From Candidatus Bipolaricaulia bacterium (GTDB taxonomy: Bacteria > Bipolaricaulota > Bipolaricaulia > JBHIAT01), in NCBI GenBank assembly GCA_046758705.1, contig JBHIAT010000097.1:1-13468 (forward strand): a DNA stretch of 13,468 nt. The letters run 5' to 3'. Under the pieces are notes generated by a model, which saw only the letters and a program-made list of their open reading frames with translations, made no database searches and had not been told where the DNA came from. Positions 13,179 through 13,468 of the stretch are shown one piece after another. Each line of letters opens with the position of its first letter. Position 1 is the stretch's first letter. The position numbers and the translations under genes are program-made.

Positions 13179-13468
13179 TAAGCGCCCTCGCGGATGTTCA
13201 CCCACCGCTCCTCAGGGATGCTTAAGAACGCTTCGACCGCCCGGGGATCGAATTGGCTCTCACTGTTGGTGATGATCTCCTCCTGGGCGACTGCGAACGG
13301 GAGCGCCTTGCGGTAGGGTCGATCGACGGTCATGGCATCCAGGGTATCGGCGATCGCGAACAGCCGCGCACCGAGCGGGATCTCCTCCCCCGTAAGCTCT
13401 CGTGGGTAGCCGAACCCGTCCCAGCGTTCATGATGGGCGTAGACGATCGGGATCGCTCCTTCCAGGAA
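13178..13468 (-). CDS. HD-GYP domain cyclic-dinucleotide phosphodiesterase, C-terminal part (starts outside window)
   Basis: Not in ORF track. Manual translation: FLEGAIPIVYAHHERWDGFGYPRELTGEEIPLGARLFAIADTLDAMTVDRPYRKALPFAVAQEEIITNSESQFDPRAVEAFLSIPEERWVNIREGA*, with HHExxDGxGYP, AD..DAM..DRPY and QFDP. Confidence 0.95.
   Translation of the reverse strand, partial: FLEGAIPIVYAHHERWDGFGYPRELTGEEIPLGARLFAIADTLDAMTVDRPYRKALPFAVAQEEIITNSESQFDPRAVEAFLSIPEERWVNIREGA

Overview
GC-rich bacterial chromosomal window with almost all genes on the minus strand. In transcription order (right to left): the C-terminus of an HD-GYP phosphodiesterase, translationally coupled to a Bacillus-type ferrochelatase (hemH/cpfC); a compact PilB/GspE ATPase with two MshEN c-di-GMP-binding motifs; an AT-richer orphan membrane protein; a MOSC pseudogene (+ strand); then dprA, ndk, valS, uppS and cdsA. 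A ~1.5 kb islet follows, bounded by a 154-bp synonymously recoded duplicate of the cdsA 3' end. It carries a DUF6883/DUF4926-like gene pair, IS110 debris and palindromic repeats. Next come a truncated BrnT-like toxin and an extended CopG/BrnA-like antitoxin. Last is a structured leader with a canonical c-di-GMP-I (GEMM) aptamer, an atypical second aptamer and a duplicated half-aptamer, upstream of a PilX-like pilin gene missed by the ORF track. The main theme is cyclic-dinucleotide control of type IV pili at three levels (degrading enzyme, ATPase receptor, tandem riboswitch). All family assignments come from motif recognition by eye; no searches were run.
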